The notes below the pieces were generated by a model, which worked only from the letters and a program-made list of their open reading frames with translations, did not search any database and was not told the origin of the DNA. Both the position numbers and the translations under genes were made by a program. This document shows positions 32,843-42,012 of a stretch of DNA of 64,000 bases, one piece after another. The stretch comes from Opitutales bacterium (GTDB taxonomy: Bacteria; Verrucomicrobiota; Verrucomicrobiia; Opitutales; PNEW01). Numbering within the stretch: position 1 is the stretch's first letter; each line of letters starts with the position of its first letter. The stretch lies in assembly GCA_965197745.1 (NCBI GenBank), contig CBDANS010000005.1, positions 160,001 through 224,000 on the forward strand, read 5' to 3'.

Positions 32843-34336
32843 ATGAATATTACGCCAATGCGACTTATACGAAGAATTGGGTCATGGCTTGTCGATAGTT
32901 TATGTTTGGTTCTGATTTTATCACTGGTATTTCTATTATTCGAAAAAATGATGGGGTGGTCACTGGCCAATTGGCTGTTAACTATCTTCATCCTATTTAT
33001 CCTCCTTTTAACTAAATTAATTTTTCAATTAAATGAAGGGATATTTTGTTTATTTAATAAATATGGACTAAAGAAACCCTATCAGTTTGAGCGCTCGTTA
33101 ACCCAATGGTTTAAACTAAAACGGGCGGTCTTTTCTCTGACCGCAATAACTATTCTCCTGATTTTGGGAATCTTAGAAGCGGCCTTGCGCCTCTACCTGG
33201 ATGATCTTCCGGTCAATCTGGCCAATCATTTGGGGCATGGATATCATCTTACAGGTTCGGGTATTTATCGTTATGATGAAGAGAGAAAAACGCCGAGAAT
33301 GCGAAAGGGATATGAACGGGAAATGTATTTTAACGATTTTCGCTGGTGGCATAAGACTGATGCAATGGGTTATCGTAATCCAGAAGATCGCGATCAAGCA
33401 GACATTATTTTATTGGGTGATTCTATCATTTATGGGCATGGACTTGAAGAAGAAGCGACGGTAAGCAGCCAAATGGAGAATCTGACACAGGTCCCCGTGG
33501 TAAATTTTGGACAGCAGGGGGCTGGCATTCACTGTGAATATCAAATTCTCAAACATGATGGTGTCCTCATGCGACCCAAGCAGGTTTTCCTATTCTTCTT
33601 AAATAATGATATTAATGACCTGATCCTTAATTTAGATGAAACGGATAGACACAATTTTTTGAAAATCCCCATAGGCGATCATTCAACGCGATACTTTGAG
33701 GTAGAGGAAAGGCGTAAAAGGATTTTGAGTAATTGGGAAGATGCCCTCAAGGAGTTCTATGTAATCAAAAGTGGACAATTTTTCATCGATTCACTGACGA
33801 AGAATAAACGAGTGTCCTTATATCCGGAAAAAGGGAGTGAACTATCCATTGAATCGACGACAAGGACTGAAGCAAAAGCAAATCCTCACAATCCCGGCCC
33901 ATTCGAAGGTGAGAAAGATGAAATACCCGGCAATTATCAATCAAACGATGACCCCTATTTAGAAGTTGGATGGGGATCACTCCCGCTCTTTGCCGATAAT
34001 CCAAATTTACATCAAGCCATGAAATTTCACCTCCGGGCGCTGCTCCAGATTAAAGACCTTGCGAAACGCCATGAATTTAAATTCGTATTAATTTATATTT
34101 ATACGGGCTTACCCTACGACGACACCTTTTCAGGCATTCTCAACACCTTTTGCGAAAAGAATAAAATTCAATTCTTAAATCTTAAAGCTGTTTTTGCAGA
34201 AGCGGAGGCGCGCGGGGAGCAACTCTTTTTGCCACACGATGGTCATTTTACAGGCAATGGGGCGCTTGTCACTGCCGAATCTTTAGCAGATCATTTTTCT
34301 TTGCCTTCGGGATACGAGATTAATGATGAGAATTAA
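32843..34336 (+). CDS. membrane-anchored SGNH/GDSL hydrolase-family protein
   Basis: N-terminal TMs; LGDSIIYG block I, NFG, LNND, DGHFTGNG block V. Confidence 0.8.
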   Translation: MNITPMRLIRRIGSWLVDSLCLVLILSLVFLLFEKMMGWSLANWLLTIFILFILLLTKLIFQLNEGIFCLFNKYGLKKPYQFERSLTQWFKLKRAVFSLTAITILLILGILEAALRLYLDDLPVNLANHLGHGYHLTGSGIYRYDEERKTPRMRKGYEREMYFNDFRWWHKTDAMGYRNPEDRDQADIILLGDSIIYGHGLEEEATVSSQMENLTQVPVVNFGQQGAGIHCEYQILKHDGVLMRPKQVFLFFLNNDINDLILNLDETDRHNFLKIPIGDHSTRYFEVEERRKRILSNWEDALKEFYVIKSGQFFIDSLTKNKRVSLYPEKGSELSIESTTRTEAKANPHNPGPFEGEKDEIPGNYQSNDDPYLEVGWGSLPLFADNPNLHQAMKFHLRALLQIKDLAKRHEFKFVLIYIYTGLPYDDTFSGILNTFCEKNKIQFLNLKAVFAEAEARGEQLFLPHDGHFTGNGALVTAESLADHFSLPSGYEINDEN

Positions 34337-34369
34337 CTCAATTAGTATATCTTAGCGTGGGTAAGATAA

Positions 34370-34783
34370 CTAAAATTGACGTTCGTAATTCTCATTACTT
34401 TGTCCGGGGACGTCATTCTCCCAATAGGTGTGGGCCTCTTTTCTTTTCAAGCGAAGTCTGTCTCGGCCGAGGAGACGGGCGAACAGGCCCAGGGGAGTTA
34501 CTATGAAAAAGAAGATTATAGACAAAGATAAATATACTAGCAGTTGAGTAAGAGCGAACATAATTCCCATCCATGCCCAGTAAAATGGTAAACCCACGGA
34601 CATTCCGGTAATACAAAAAATAAAGGAGAGACACCCGTATCCCCAAATAAAAAAGGCGATGCCAGTTTTATCATGAAAAAAATAAAAGAATGACCCCAAA
34701 ATTCCCAACCCGATTAAGATGCTGCAAGCAAATATTCGTAGATCGCGAGGGCTTGGTTTCAAATTAATCTTTGCAAAAGCCAT
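34370..34783 (-). CDS. SxtJ-like membrane protein
   Basis: LRIF...; YWAWM...L...IFFFIVTPLGL..R.LGRD.L...TYW...YERQF. Confidence 0.8.
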   Translation of the reverse strand: MAFAKINLKPSPRDLRIFACSILIGLGILGSFFYFFHDKTGIAFFIWGYGCLSFIFCITGMSVGLPFYWAWMGIMFALTQLLVYLSLSIIFFFIVTPLGLFARLLGRDRLRLKRKEAHTYWENDVPGQSNENYERQF

Positions 34784-34796
34784 CCTTATACGATAA

Positions 34797-34955
34797 TTAA
34801 AATAGGGTATAAATAAACGGTGCGGCTTGAGAACTGCCGAGAATTATTAAAGCACCGGTTAAGAGTAAAATAACAATAATAGGCGCCAACCAGTATGCCT
34901 TATGTTCTTTTATAAAGATAAATAATTCAGAAACGATCGATTTTCTTCGGACCAT
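34797..34955 (-). CDS. DUF5989/SxtK-like small membrane protein (52 aa)
   Basis: MVRRKSIVSELFIFIKEHKAYWLAPII...SQAAPFIYTLF; true start probably 34955. Confidence 0.85.
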   Translation of the reverse strand: MVRRKSIVSELFIFIKEHKAYWLAPIIVILLLTGALIILGSSQAAPFIYTLF

Positions 34956-35001
34956 ATTTATATCACTTGAATAGAGGAAAAGTTTGTAAATTAACTTATT
35001 A

Positions 35002-36837
35002 TTAATCGAGCTTAAAATGAGCTTTGTATGCGTCCGCTCCATCCATATTGGGTTGTTCCTCTTTTAAACAGATACAGTTCTCCAGAACGAGAACGTCCAT
35101 ATCGGTGAACATAAAACAGCGGTAAGCGTCTTGAGGCGTTCCTACAATAGGTTCTCCTCTTATATTGAATGATGTATTTACGACAATTGGATAACCCGTT
35201 AAATTCTGAAAGGCCTTTATAATTTTGTAGAATCGGGGAGCAGTTTCAACATCAACAGTCTGAATGCGCGCTGAATAATCGATATGAGTAATAGCGGGGA
35301 TATCAGAGCGTAACTGTTTAAGTCTATCCAGACCATAGAGGTTTTCCTGCTCCTTATTTAATTTAATTCGACGATTTTCTTTTAAGGGTGATACTAATAA
35401 CATGTAAGGACTTTCATGATCTAAATTAAAATACTCTGCGGTGTAGTCTTTCAGGCAACTTGGCGCGAAGGGCCTGAAGGATTCCCGGAATTTTATTTTA
35501 AGATTCATTTTTGACTGCATATCAGGATTGCGCGGATCACCGAGGATGCTGCGGTTGCCCAGAGCACGGGGGCCAAATTCCATTCGACCCGCAAAGTGAC
35601 CAATTACTTTGCCTTCATTAATATGCTGAGCAATAGTATCGGCGAGAGCATCCTCGCTCTCATATACGGTAAATTTGGCTTTGCTTAGACGTAAAAAGTT
35701 TTGAATTTCACTCGCTGAGAATGAGGGACCAATAAAAGAACCCTTCTGTGAATCTCTCTTATTTATCTTTCGAGGTTCATTCTTAACTTGATGCCGTACG
35801 AATAGCGCTGCGCCCAGAGCGCCACCGGCGTCTCCTGCTGCCGGCTGAATCCAAACATTGCGAAAAGGCGTTTCTCGAAGGATGCGACCATTGCCGACAC
35901 AGTTCAGGGCCACACCACCTGCCATACAAAGATTTTGGAGCCCAGTTAGGGCAAAGGCATGGAAGGCTACTTTTAACATAATTTCTTCCACAACCTTTTG
36001 AATGCTGGCCGCCAGGTCCATATCGCGCTGACTTAACGCACACTCAGGATTTCTCGGTGGTCCACCAAAGAGCTTATGAAATTTATTGTTGGTCATAGTC
36101 AGACCGGCACAATAATTGAAATAGCTCTGATCGAGCCAGAAGGATCCATCTTCTTTCAGGTCGACTAAATATTTAAAAATCAGATCCGCGTACCTGGCTT
36201 TCCCGTAAGGGGCTAAGCCGATTACTTTATATTCACCTGAATTGACCCTAAAACCCGTGTAGTAAGTAAAAGCGCTATAGAGAAGGCCGAGAGAATGAGG
36301 AAATTTTATCTCTTTAAGCAGTTCTATAGTGTTATTACGGCCGCAACCAATGCTTGTTGTCGTCCACTCTCCAACACCGTCAAAGGTTATGATCGCGGCT
36401 TCATCGTAAGGACTGGGGAAAAAAGCACTGGCGGCATGAGATTCATGATGGTTGGTAAAATAAATTGGGCCGTCATATTTATTTTTCAAACCCTTGTCGA
36501 TTTCTTTAGGGAGGTGTAACTTTTGACCCAACCAAAGTGGCATAGCCATGAGAAAGGATTTAAATCCTAATGGAGCATAAGCCAGATAAGTTTCCAAGAG
36601 ACGTTCAAACTTTAAAATTGGCTTCTCATAAAAGACGACTGCCGATAATTGATCGGTTGTGATCCCCGCTTCGTGAAGGCAGTAATCAATTGCATTCAGG
36701 GGAAATTCATGATCGTGTTTTTTTCTCGTAAAGCGTTCTTCCTGGGCAGCCGCTATAATATTTCCCCCCTTTAAAAGGGCAGCCGCGCTGTCATGATAAA
36801 AAGCTGAGATACCAAGAATATAAGATTCAGCAGACAT
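35002..36837 (-). CDS. carbamoyltransferase (NodU/CmcH family, SxtI-like)
   Basis: GISAFYHDSAA, QEERFTRKKH, HHESHAASAF, GEYKVIGLAPYG, GGVALNC, EFGPRALG, NTSFN. Confidence 0.95.
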   Translation of the reverse strand: MSAESYILGISAFYHDSAAALLKGGNIIAAAQEERFTRKKHDHEFPLNAIDYCLHEAGITTDQLSAVVFYEKPILKFERLLETYLAYAPLGFKSFLMAMPLWLGQKLHLPKEIDKGLKNKYDGPIYFTNHHESHAASAFFPSPYDEAAIITFDGVGEWTTTSIGCGRNNTIELLKEIKFPHSLGLLYSAFTYYTGFRVNSGEYKVIGLAPYGKARYADLIFKYLVDLKEDGSFWLDQSYFNYCAGLTMTNNKFHKLFGGPPRNPECALSQRDMDLAASIQKVVEEIMLKVAFHAFALTGLQNLCMAGGVALNCVGNGRILRETPFRNVWIQPAAGDAGGALGAALFVRHQVKNEPRKINKRDSQKGSFIGPSFSASEIQNFLRLSKAKFTVYESEDALADTIAQHINEGKVIGHFAGRMEFGPRALGNRSILGDPRNPDMQSKMNLKIKFRESFRPFAPSCLKDYTAEYFNLDHESPYMLLVSPLKENRRIKLNKEQENLYGLDRLKQLRSDIPAITHIDYSARIQTVDVETAPRFYKIIKAFQNLTGYPIVVNTSFNIRGEPIVGTPQDAYRCFMFTDMDVLVLENCICLKEEQPNMDGADAYKAHFKLD

Positions 36838-36966
36838 CGGATAATTGCAAAAATATCAACATGGAGGTAGTTATCGTGGTTATTTCAATCTGAATAAATC
36901 AAATTCACGTTTCATCTTTTCACAGAGCTCGATTCAAGTATAATATAATTAATAATGTAGGAAGTA

Positions 36967-38103
36967 ATGTATAGGAAAATTAAAATATCTTCACTGTTTT
37001 TTCTTGGGTGCATTGCCATGGAAAGTGTTCTGGCTTATGAAACTATAGATCGAATGGAAGTTGGTGAAGCTGTTTTTTTAGATGTTGAAGTTAAGAAAGT
37101 GACACCGAAAGCGCTTATTATCAAACATTCCAAAGGCATTGCCCAGGTGCTTCTCGCCGATCTCAGTCCCGTGTTGCAAAAAAAATCTGGTTATAGTGCC
37201 GAATTGGAAGAGGCCTACAACAAAAAAATTGAAGAACGCAAGAAAGAGGTGCTGGCCGCGAGAGCAAAAGCAGCGGCTGAAAAAGAGAAGCCAAAACCCC
37301 AGCAATTGGTCTCAGATCGTATCCTGCAAAATTTCGGTCGTCCTCCGGAAATACAATCCGAAATCGATCTTCGATCGCGATTTCGTGAAATGAAATTGAT
37401 ATCCAAGTCCCAGGGCAGGCGTCCGAGTTGCTCGGTATTTGCGGTGGTCAGTGCGCTGGAGTATCAGAACGCCGCGGTGGTCGGGGAGGCGGAAAAATTA
37501 TCAGAGGAATACCTCATTTGGGCTACTCGAAAAACGCTTGGCTATAACCCTGTTTCCGAGGCATCACCCAATGGGAGAACGGTAAAGGAAGATGATCCCA
37601 ATGATGCCGATGCAGGATTCAATCTGGTTGAAGTCGTTCAGGCATTGAGGAGTTATGGTATTCCTCTCCAGGAGCAGATGCCCAACACCTTTGGTAAAAG
37701 TATGGCGAAAATTCAAGAGCCGCCGCCCGAACTCGTAGCAACCGCACAGAACCGGCGAAAAGTTTATTCATTTGTAATTACCGGTCGGGAAAACGCTGAA
37801 AAAATAGACGGTATTCTTCATTCCTTAAATGAAGGTGTTCCCGTGGTCATCGGAATGGGTTGGCCGCACTATAATTCGCTGGAGAATGCGCCCATTCTTC
37901 GCGCTCAAAAACCACGCGAAAATTATGCTCATGCCGTCACCCTTGTTGGTTACCGTTGTGAATCCGGTCGCCGTGAAGACCTGCTTTTCATCTTTAAGAA
38001 TTCATGGGGACGGAAATGGGGAGTCGCAGGCCATGGATATGTGTCCTACCCCTATTTGGAAAAAAACATCAACTCCGCAATTTTTCTCGAAGTGGCACTT
38101 TAA
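36967..38103 (+). CDS. secreted papain-like (C1) cysteine peptidase
   Basis: Signal peptide; QGRRPSCSVFA (Q, C), HAVTLVGY, KNSWG. Confidence 0.88.
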   Translation: MYRKIKISSLFFLGCIAMESVLAYETIDRMEVGEAVFLDVEVKKVTPKALIIKHSKGIAQVLLADLSPVLQKKSGYSAELEEAYNKKIEERKKEVLAARAKAAAEKEKPKPQQLVSDRILQNFGRPPEIQSEIDLRSRFREMKLISKSQGRRPSCSVFAVVSALEYQNAAVVGEAEKLSEEYLIWATRKTLGYNPVSEASPNGRTVKEDDPNDADAGFNLVEVVQALRSYGIPLQEQMPNTFGKSMAKIQEPPPELVATAQNRRKVYSFVITGRENAEKIDGILHSLNEGVPVVIGMGWPHYNSLENAPILRAQKPRENYAHAVTLVGYRCESGRREDLLFIFKNSWGRKWGVAGHGYVSYPYLEKNINSAIFLEVAL

Positions 38104-38209
38104 TATCAGGAGAGAATTATAGTGTAGATCCTGGTATTTATTTAGTTTTGCTGTTTGATAATATTTCTACAGTAAATTCTTTAAATCTCAACCTCCCCCC
38201 TATTCACGC

Positions 38210-38878
38210 ATGCAATCTGTACAATCCATAATATTTGATATGGATGGCCTCATGCTCGATACAGAGAGACTAAGCCTTCAGGCCTGGAAGCTTGCTACCG
38301 AGGAACTTGGCGTGGAAATGACGGAGGATATTTATCACCAAATTATTGGGCGTAACTCGCAGGATACAAAATCTATTCTGAAAAGTTTATTAAATGAAGA
38401 ATGTAGTGTTGAAGAGATTTACACCTCTACCTGGGATCATTACCATAAGATAATATCAGAAAACCCGATACCGATTAAACCGGGGCTCATCCAATTATTG
38501 GATTTTCTTGAAGAGGAGGAGATAAGCAAAGCGGTTGCCACATCGACAAAAGGTGAATTAGCCGAAAGGAATTTAAGATCACTGGATCTGTATGAGCGGT
38601 TTTCTGTTGTTATAGGTGGAGATCAGGTAAAGAGGGGAAAACCTTCCCCTGAAATATTTCTTCAAGCTGCCGCAAACCTGGGAGTTTCGCCAGCTGAATG
38701 TGTCGTTTTAGAGGATTCCGAAAACGGAATCCGCGCAGCACACGCGGCGGGATCTTTTGCCATCATGATCCCTGACCTTATCCCTCCCTCGGATGAAATA
38801 CGCAAACTGGCGTACCGGGTTTTCAATTCGATTAACGAATTCCTTGTCTTCTTTAAAGACGGTCGGGGTATTGGTTGA
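38210..38878 (+). CDS. HAD-family phosphatase (CbbY/beta-PGM-like)
   Basis: FDMDGLMLDTE, ATS, GKPSPEIF, EDSENG. Confidence 0.92.
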   Translation: MQSVQSIIFDMDGLMLDTERLSLQAWKLATEELGVEMTEDIYHQIIGRNSQDTKSILKSLLNEECSVEEIYTSTWDHYHKIISENPIPIKPGLIQLLDFLEEEEISKAVATSTKGELAERNLRSLDLYERFSVVIGGDQVKRGKPSPEIFLQAAANLGVSPAECVVLEDSENGIRAAHAAGSFAIMIPDLIPPSDEIRKLAYRVFNSINEFLVFFKDGRGIG

Positions 38879-38885
38879 ATCCCGC

Positions 38886-39920
38886 TTATCTTTGACTGAT
38901 GCGACAGGAGTGACACGAGAATCCCGCGCCAAAGGCGGTGAGCCAGAGATCATTTTCCACCTTGTTATTTTGTAGATATTCATCGAGCGCAAAAAGAACG
39001 GATGGACTGCTCATATTTCCGTAGTTTTTTAAAACTTTAGCAGATTCCTGCAATGGGTATTCAGGAAGCGCAGACTGTATCGCTTCAAGGACATCTCTCC
39101 CACCCACATGTGATATAATTCTTGCGATATTATGATGCTTACCATTTTGCCGGTGAAATAATTCATAGACGGAATCACTGGCCAGATCCGGGACGGTTTT
39201 ATGTAAACGGTTGCGAAGTTTTCCCTGGCTGTTTATGAAGCGCAGTTTTTCCCGGTTTTCAGGGACATGCAGCGTATCGAAATCGTTACAATAGAGTCCG
39301 GTTGTATTATTTGCCATCGACCAAACACTGGCTGACGCTCCATCACCGAATAAACAGGCACTGACCAGCACACCGGGGTCATTCTCCAGATAAAATGCCG
39401 CCGAACATATTTCTACCGCAATGACCGCAACTTTAGACTGAGGATTGGCCGAGAGGAAGTAACTGGCACTCCGGAGAGTGGGAATAACCGCTCCACAACC
39501 CAGACCTACAATGTCCTGTAAAAAAACATTACTGTTCATTCCCATTTGTTCCGCTACATGACTGGTTATTCCAGGGCAAATATAACCGGTACATGTGCAG
39601 ATGAAAAGGGCATCTAACTCCTTAGCGTCAGTCTTACACTTATCAAGGGCCTTTTTTAAGGCCCGGCTGGCGAGGGAGGGGGCTTCACGTTCGAATGCGC
39701 GGTTTAGCGATTCTGCGTCTAATTCAAAGAGTGTTTCCAGTTCGGGAAGAGCAAAGTGGCGTTTATCAATACCGTTGTCGTTGAGCAGAACTTTCTGGAT
39801 GATATTGATGGAGCGCTGTTTCAAGCGCTTAGGTGTTTCCGAGTTAATAAATATATCCCAGCACTTCTCTTGCGTAAATGCATGGGGAGGGACCGCATTT
39901 GCTAAGCTTTGAAGATACAT
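38886..39920 (-). CDS. type III polyketide synthase
   Basis: Cys-His-Asn triad: GLGCG, SHVGG, YGNMSSPS; LFGDGA; FGAGF. Confidence 0.92.
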   Translation of the reverse strand: MYLQSLANAVPPHAFTQEKCWDIFINSETPKRLKQRSINIIQKVLLNDNGIDKRHFALPELETLFELDAESLNRAFEREAPSLASRALKKALDKCKTDAKELDALFICTCTGYICPGITSHVAEQMGMNSNVFLQDIVGLGCGAVIPTLRSASYFLSANPQSKVAVIAVEICSAAFYLENDPGVLVSACLFGDGASASVWSMANNTTGLYCNDFDTLHVPENREKLRFINSQGKLRNRLHKTVPDLASDSVYELFHRQNGKHHNIARIISHVGGRDVLEAIQSALPEYPLQESAKVLKNYGNMSSPSVLFALDEYLQNNKVENDLWLTAFGAGFSCHSCRISQR

Positions 39921-39923
39921 GAA

Positions 39924-40940
39924 TTAATGTAAAATTTTAAAAAGTGATTGAAAGGGTAAAAGGTGCGTTCGACTTAGACCGAAGAGAAATTTCTGAAGGG
40001 TTGGGGTATAAAGCCATGGATGCATAATACGCGACACCTTCAACCGTAAACGAAATTTTCTAAGTAATAATCTGTTTACTTTAGTTACTGTCTCCGACCA
40101 GGATTGTTTATCCAGGGCGTAGGCATTAAGCGGCTCAGCGACAAGGGCGCCGGCTTCAAAAGCCATCGACATCCCATTTCCGGTAAAAGGTGGGATTACC
40201 GTAAACTGATCACCTAAATAAATTCTCTCATCCGATTGATGGCAGTGATTGAAGTCGATCGCAGCAATGCCCGTCGAACTATCCTCGTCGATTTCTGCTT
40301 TTGCCAATCTTCCAGCCATGTTATTCATCCCACAGGCTTCAAGGTAGGCTAATAGTAGATCTTGTTTTTTTACCTTAATCTCAGATCTGCGGCGAAAAAG
40401 GCCGCAAATATTAACGCGGCCATTTTCCACCGATGACGCACCTGCATATCCATATTTTCCCAGGTGAACCTCCAAGTCACTGGCGAGGGGATAATCCAGA
40501 CTATGTACTTTAATTCCTATCCAATTACTCTGTGTTATTTGTCTTCCTGCCGCCCATACCTGACCTTTCTCAACGGCCAAATCACGAATGCGATGATGGG
40601 TATGAAGAATACCGCCGAGGCGTTCAAAATCTTGAGCTAACCGGTGGTCCAGAAGGTAACGTGATATGCCCATAGCTGGCCGCGGAAGCATATCATCTCT
40701 TACTTGACGGCCATTGAGAAACCAAGCGGTATGACGATGCAGACAGGCATCATCCAGATGCCTCGTAATCCCGAGTTCTTTAAGCGTGTCTGATTTCACT
40801 CCGGCAATGAATTCGCCACAAACTTTATGTCTGGGGAATATACCTGCTTCATGGATTGTAACGTCGATATTACGCTTTCGCAACGCAATGCCGAGGGAAA
40901 GCCCTGCCAGGCCACCACCGATAATAGTTATAGGGTTCAT
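39924..40940 (-). CDS. FAD-dependent oxidoreductase
   Basis: IIGGGLAG, PRHKVCGE, LGD...IPPFTGNGMSMA. Confidence 0.88.
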   Translation of the reverse strand: MNPITIIGGGLAGLSLGIALRKRNIDVTIHEAGIFPRHKVCGEFIAGVKSDTLKELGITRHLDDACLHRHTAWFLNGRQVRDDMLPRPAMGISRYLLDHRLAQDFERLGGILHTHHRIRDLAVEKGQVWAAGRQITQSNWIGIKVHSLDYPLASDLEVHLGKYGYAGASSVENGRVNICGLFRRRSEIKVKKQDLLLAYLEACGMNNMAGRLAKAEIDEDSSTGIAAIDFNHCHQSDERIYLGDQFTVIPPFTGNGMSMAFEAGALVAEPLNAYALDKQSWSETVTKVNRLLLRKFRLRLKVSRIMHPWLYTPTLQKFLFGLSRTHLLPFQSLFKILH

Positions 40941-41596
40941 TTGCGAACAGCGATCATATGGTATTGGCCAAGGAATCCAATCTTACATTTACAGATCCAT
41001 TGGGTGGGGTCTAAGTCTAAGAGATATGGTAACTCATTCCCGAGAAACCCTGCCTCTATGCTCGCCCTGGCATCATGGTTAGTTACATAGCTGGTGCCGA
41101 ACAATCGGGCCAGCCGGGCTTGATGGATATGTAATTTGCGTCTGGCTGGTTCAGACACTAAAATAAGCCTCGCTTTTTCCCCAATAAACCGACCCAGTTT
41201 TTGTAATTCATGGTCTTGAAATTGATGGAGGACGAGGTTGGCTAAGACAATACTGTAATGATTATAGCTGTTAAAGGATCGAAGATCAACTTGATGCCAA
41301 GTCCCTGATTCAGGCCAACGAGGGGGGCGAGACCACCGATCCAAACCATCAATGGAGACTTTTCTTCTATTTAAGAGACTAAAGTGTAAGTGTTGCCCCA
41401 GTTCACCGAGCCCCGCACCTATTTCAAGCAGGCGGTCATTTTCGTTCAACCGGTTTTTAAGTTCTCGACAAAACCAACGAAAATTTCCCATGAGATGGTT
41501 AAAGAGTAACAGGTCTCTCCGATTGTGGAGAGCGTCTGGATGATTTTCCGGGAGAATGTCAAGAATCTCGGGTTTAACAGTACGGATCATAACCAT
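40937..41596 (-). CDS. class I SAM-dependent methyltransferase
   Basis: PEILD...DL..FN..MGN; LEIGAGLG; NLVLHQF; 4-nt overlap with oxidoreductase gene. Confidence 0.82.
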   Translation of the reverse strand: MVMIRTVKPEILDILPENHPDALHNRRDLLLFNHLMGNFRWFCRELKNRLNENDRLLEIGAGLGELGQHLHFSLLNRRKVSIDGLDRWSRPPRWPESGTWHQVDLRSFNSYNHYSIVLANLVLHQFQDHELQKLGRFIGEKARLILVSEPARRKLHIHQARLARLFGTSYVTNHDARASIEAGFLGNELPYLLDLDPTQWICKCKIGFLGQYHMIAVRK

Positions 41597-41684
41597 GATT
41601 CTATTTCATAAGATCAATAAATGAGTTTCAACGCTACAATATGTTAACTCATGGTTATTTAATTTCGTGGATAATCGCATGATG

Positions 41685-41712
41685 AAAAAAAAACCCTTCC
41701 TGAACGGAAGGG
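41685..41712 (-). terminator. intrinsic terminator of the small basic protein gene
   Basis: CCCTTCC-tgaac-GGAAGGG stem (41694-41712) next to A9 on the + strand, which is a U-tract on the - strand; 28 nt past the stop. Confidence 0.8.
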
Positions 41713-41740
41713 CGGCAATAGATACTCATCTCGGTAGCAT

Positions 41741-41899
41741 TTAATCTTCCGGTTTCGTTTTTATTAAACCTGACACGGCTTCACCGTCTTTCCATTGGCC
41801 GCGCTTTTTAAGAAGGAGGACGCGTTCAAAACGTTTAAGAACATTACGCTTTTTTAAAGACCTTCCACCGCCTTTTTTAAAACTATTGTGCTGGGACAT
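41741..41899 (-). CDS. PVC-superphylum small basic 'signature' protein (52 aa)
   Basis: Manual translation MSQHNSFKKGGGRSLKKRNVLKRFERVLLLKKRGQWKDGEAVSGLIKTKPED; MSxH-S...RNVLKR-ER...W--G-V-GL-K pattern; below ORF-track cutoff. Confidence 0.85.
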   Translation of the reverse strand: MSQHNSFKKGGGRSLKKRNVLKRFERVLLLKKRGQWKDGEAVSGLIKTKPED

Positions 41900-42012
41900 A
41901 GATTTTGTATTTACGGGTTAAAAGATCGCCATAAAAACGACTCTTTCGAGAAAATCAATATTTTTTTTAAAATCCAGTACTGAATAGAATAGAAGTAAGT
42001 GCGATTACTAGA

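Noticed and set aside
34370..36837. Saxitoxin biosynthesis cluster
   Set aside because: Only sxtI/J/K-like genes are present; no sxtA-, sxtG- or sxtB-like core genes in the window.
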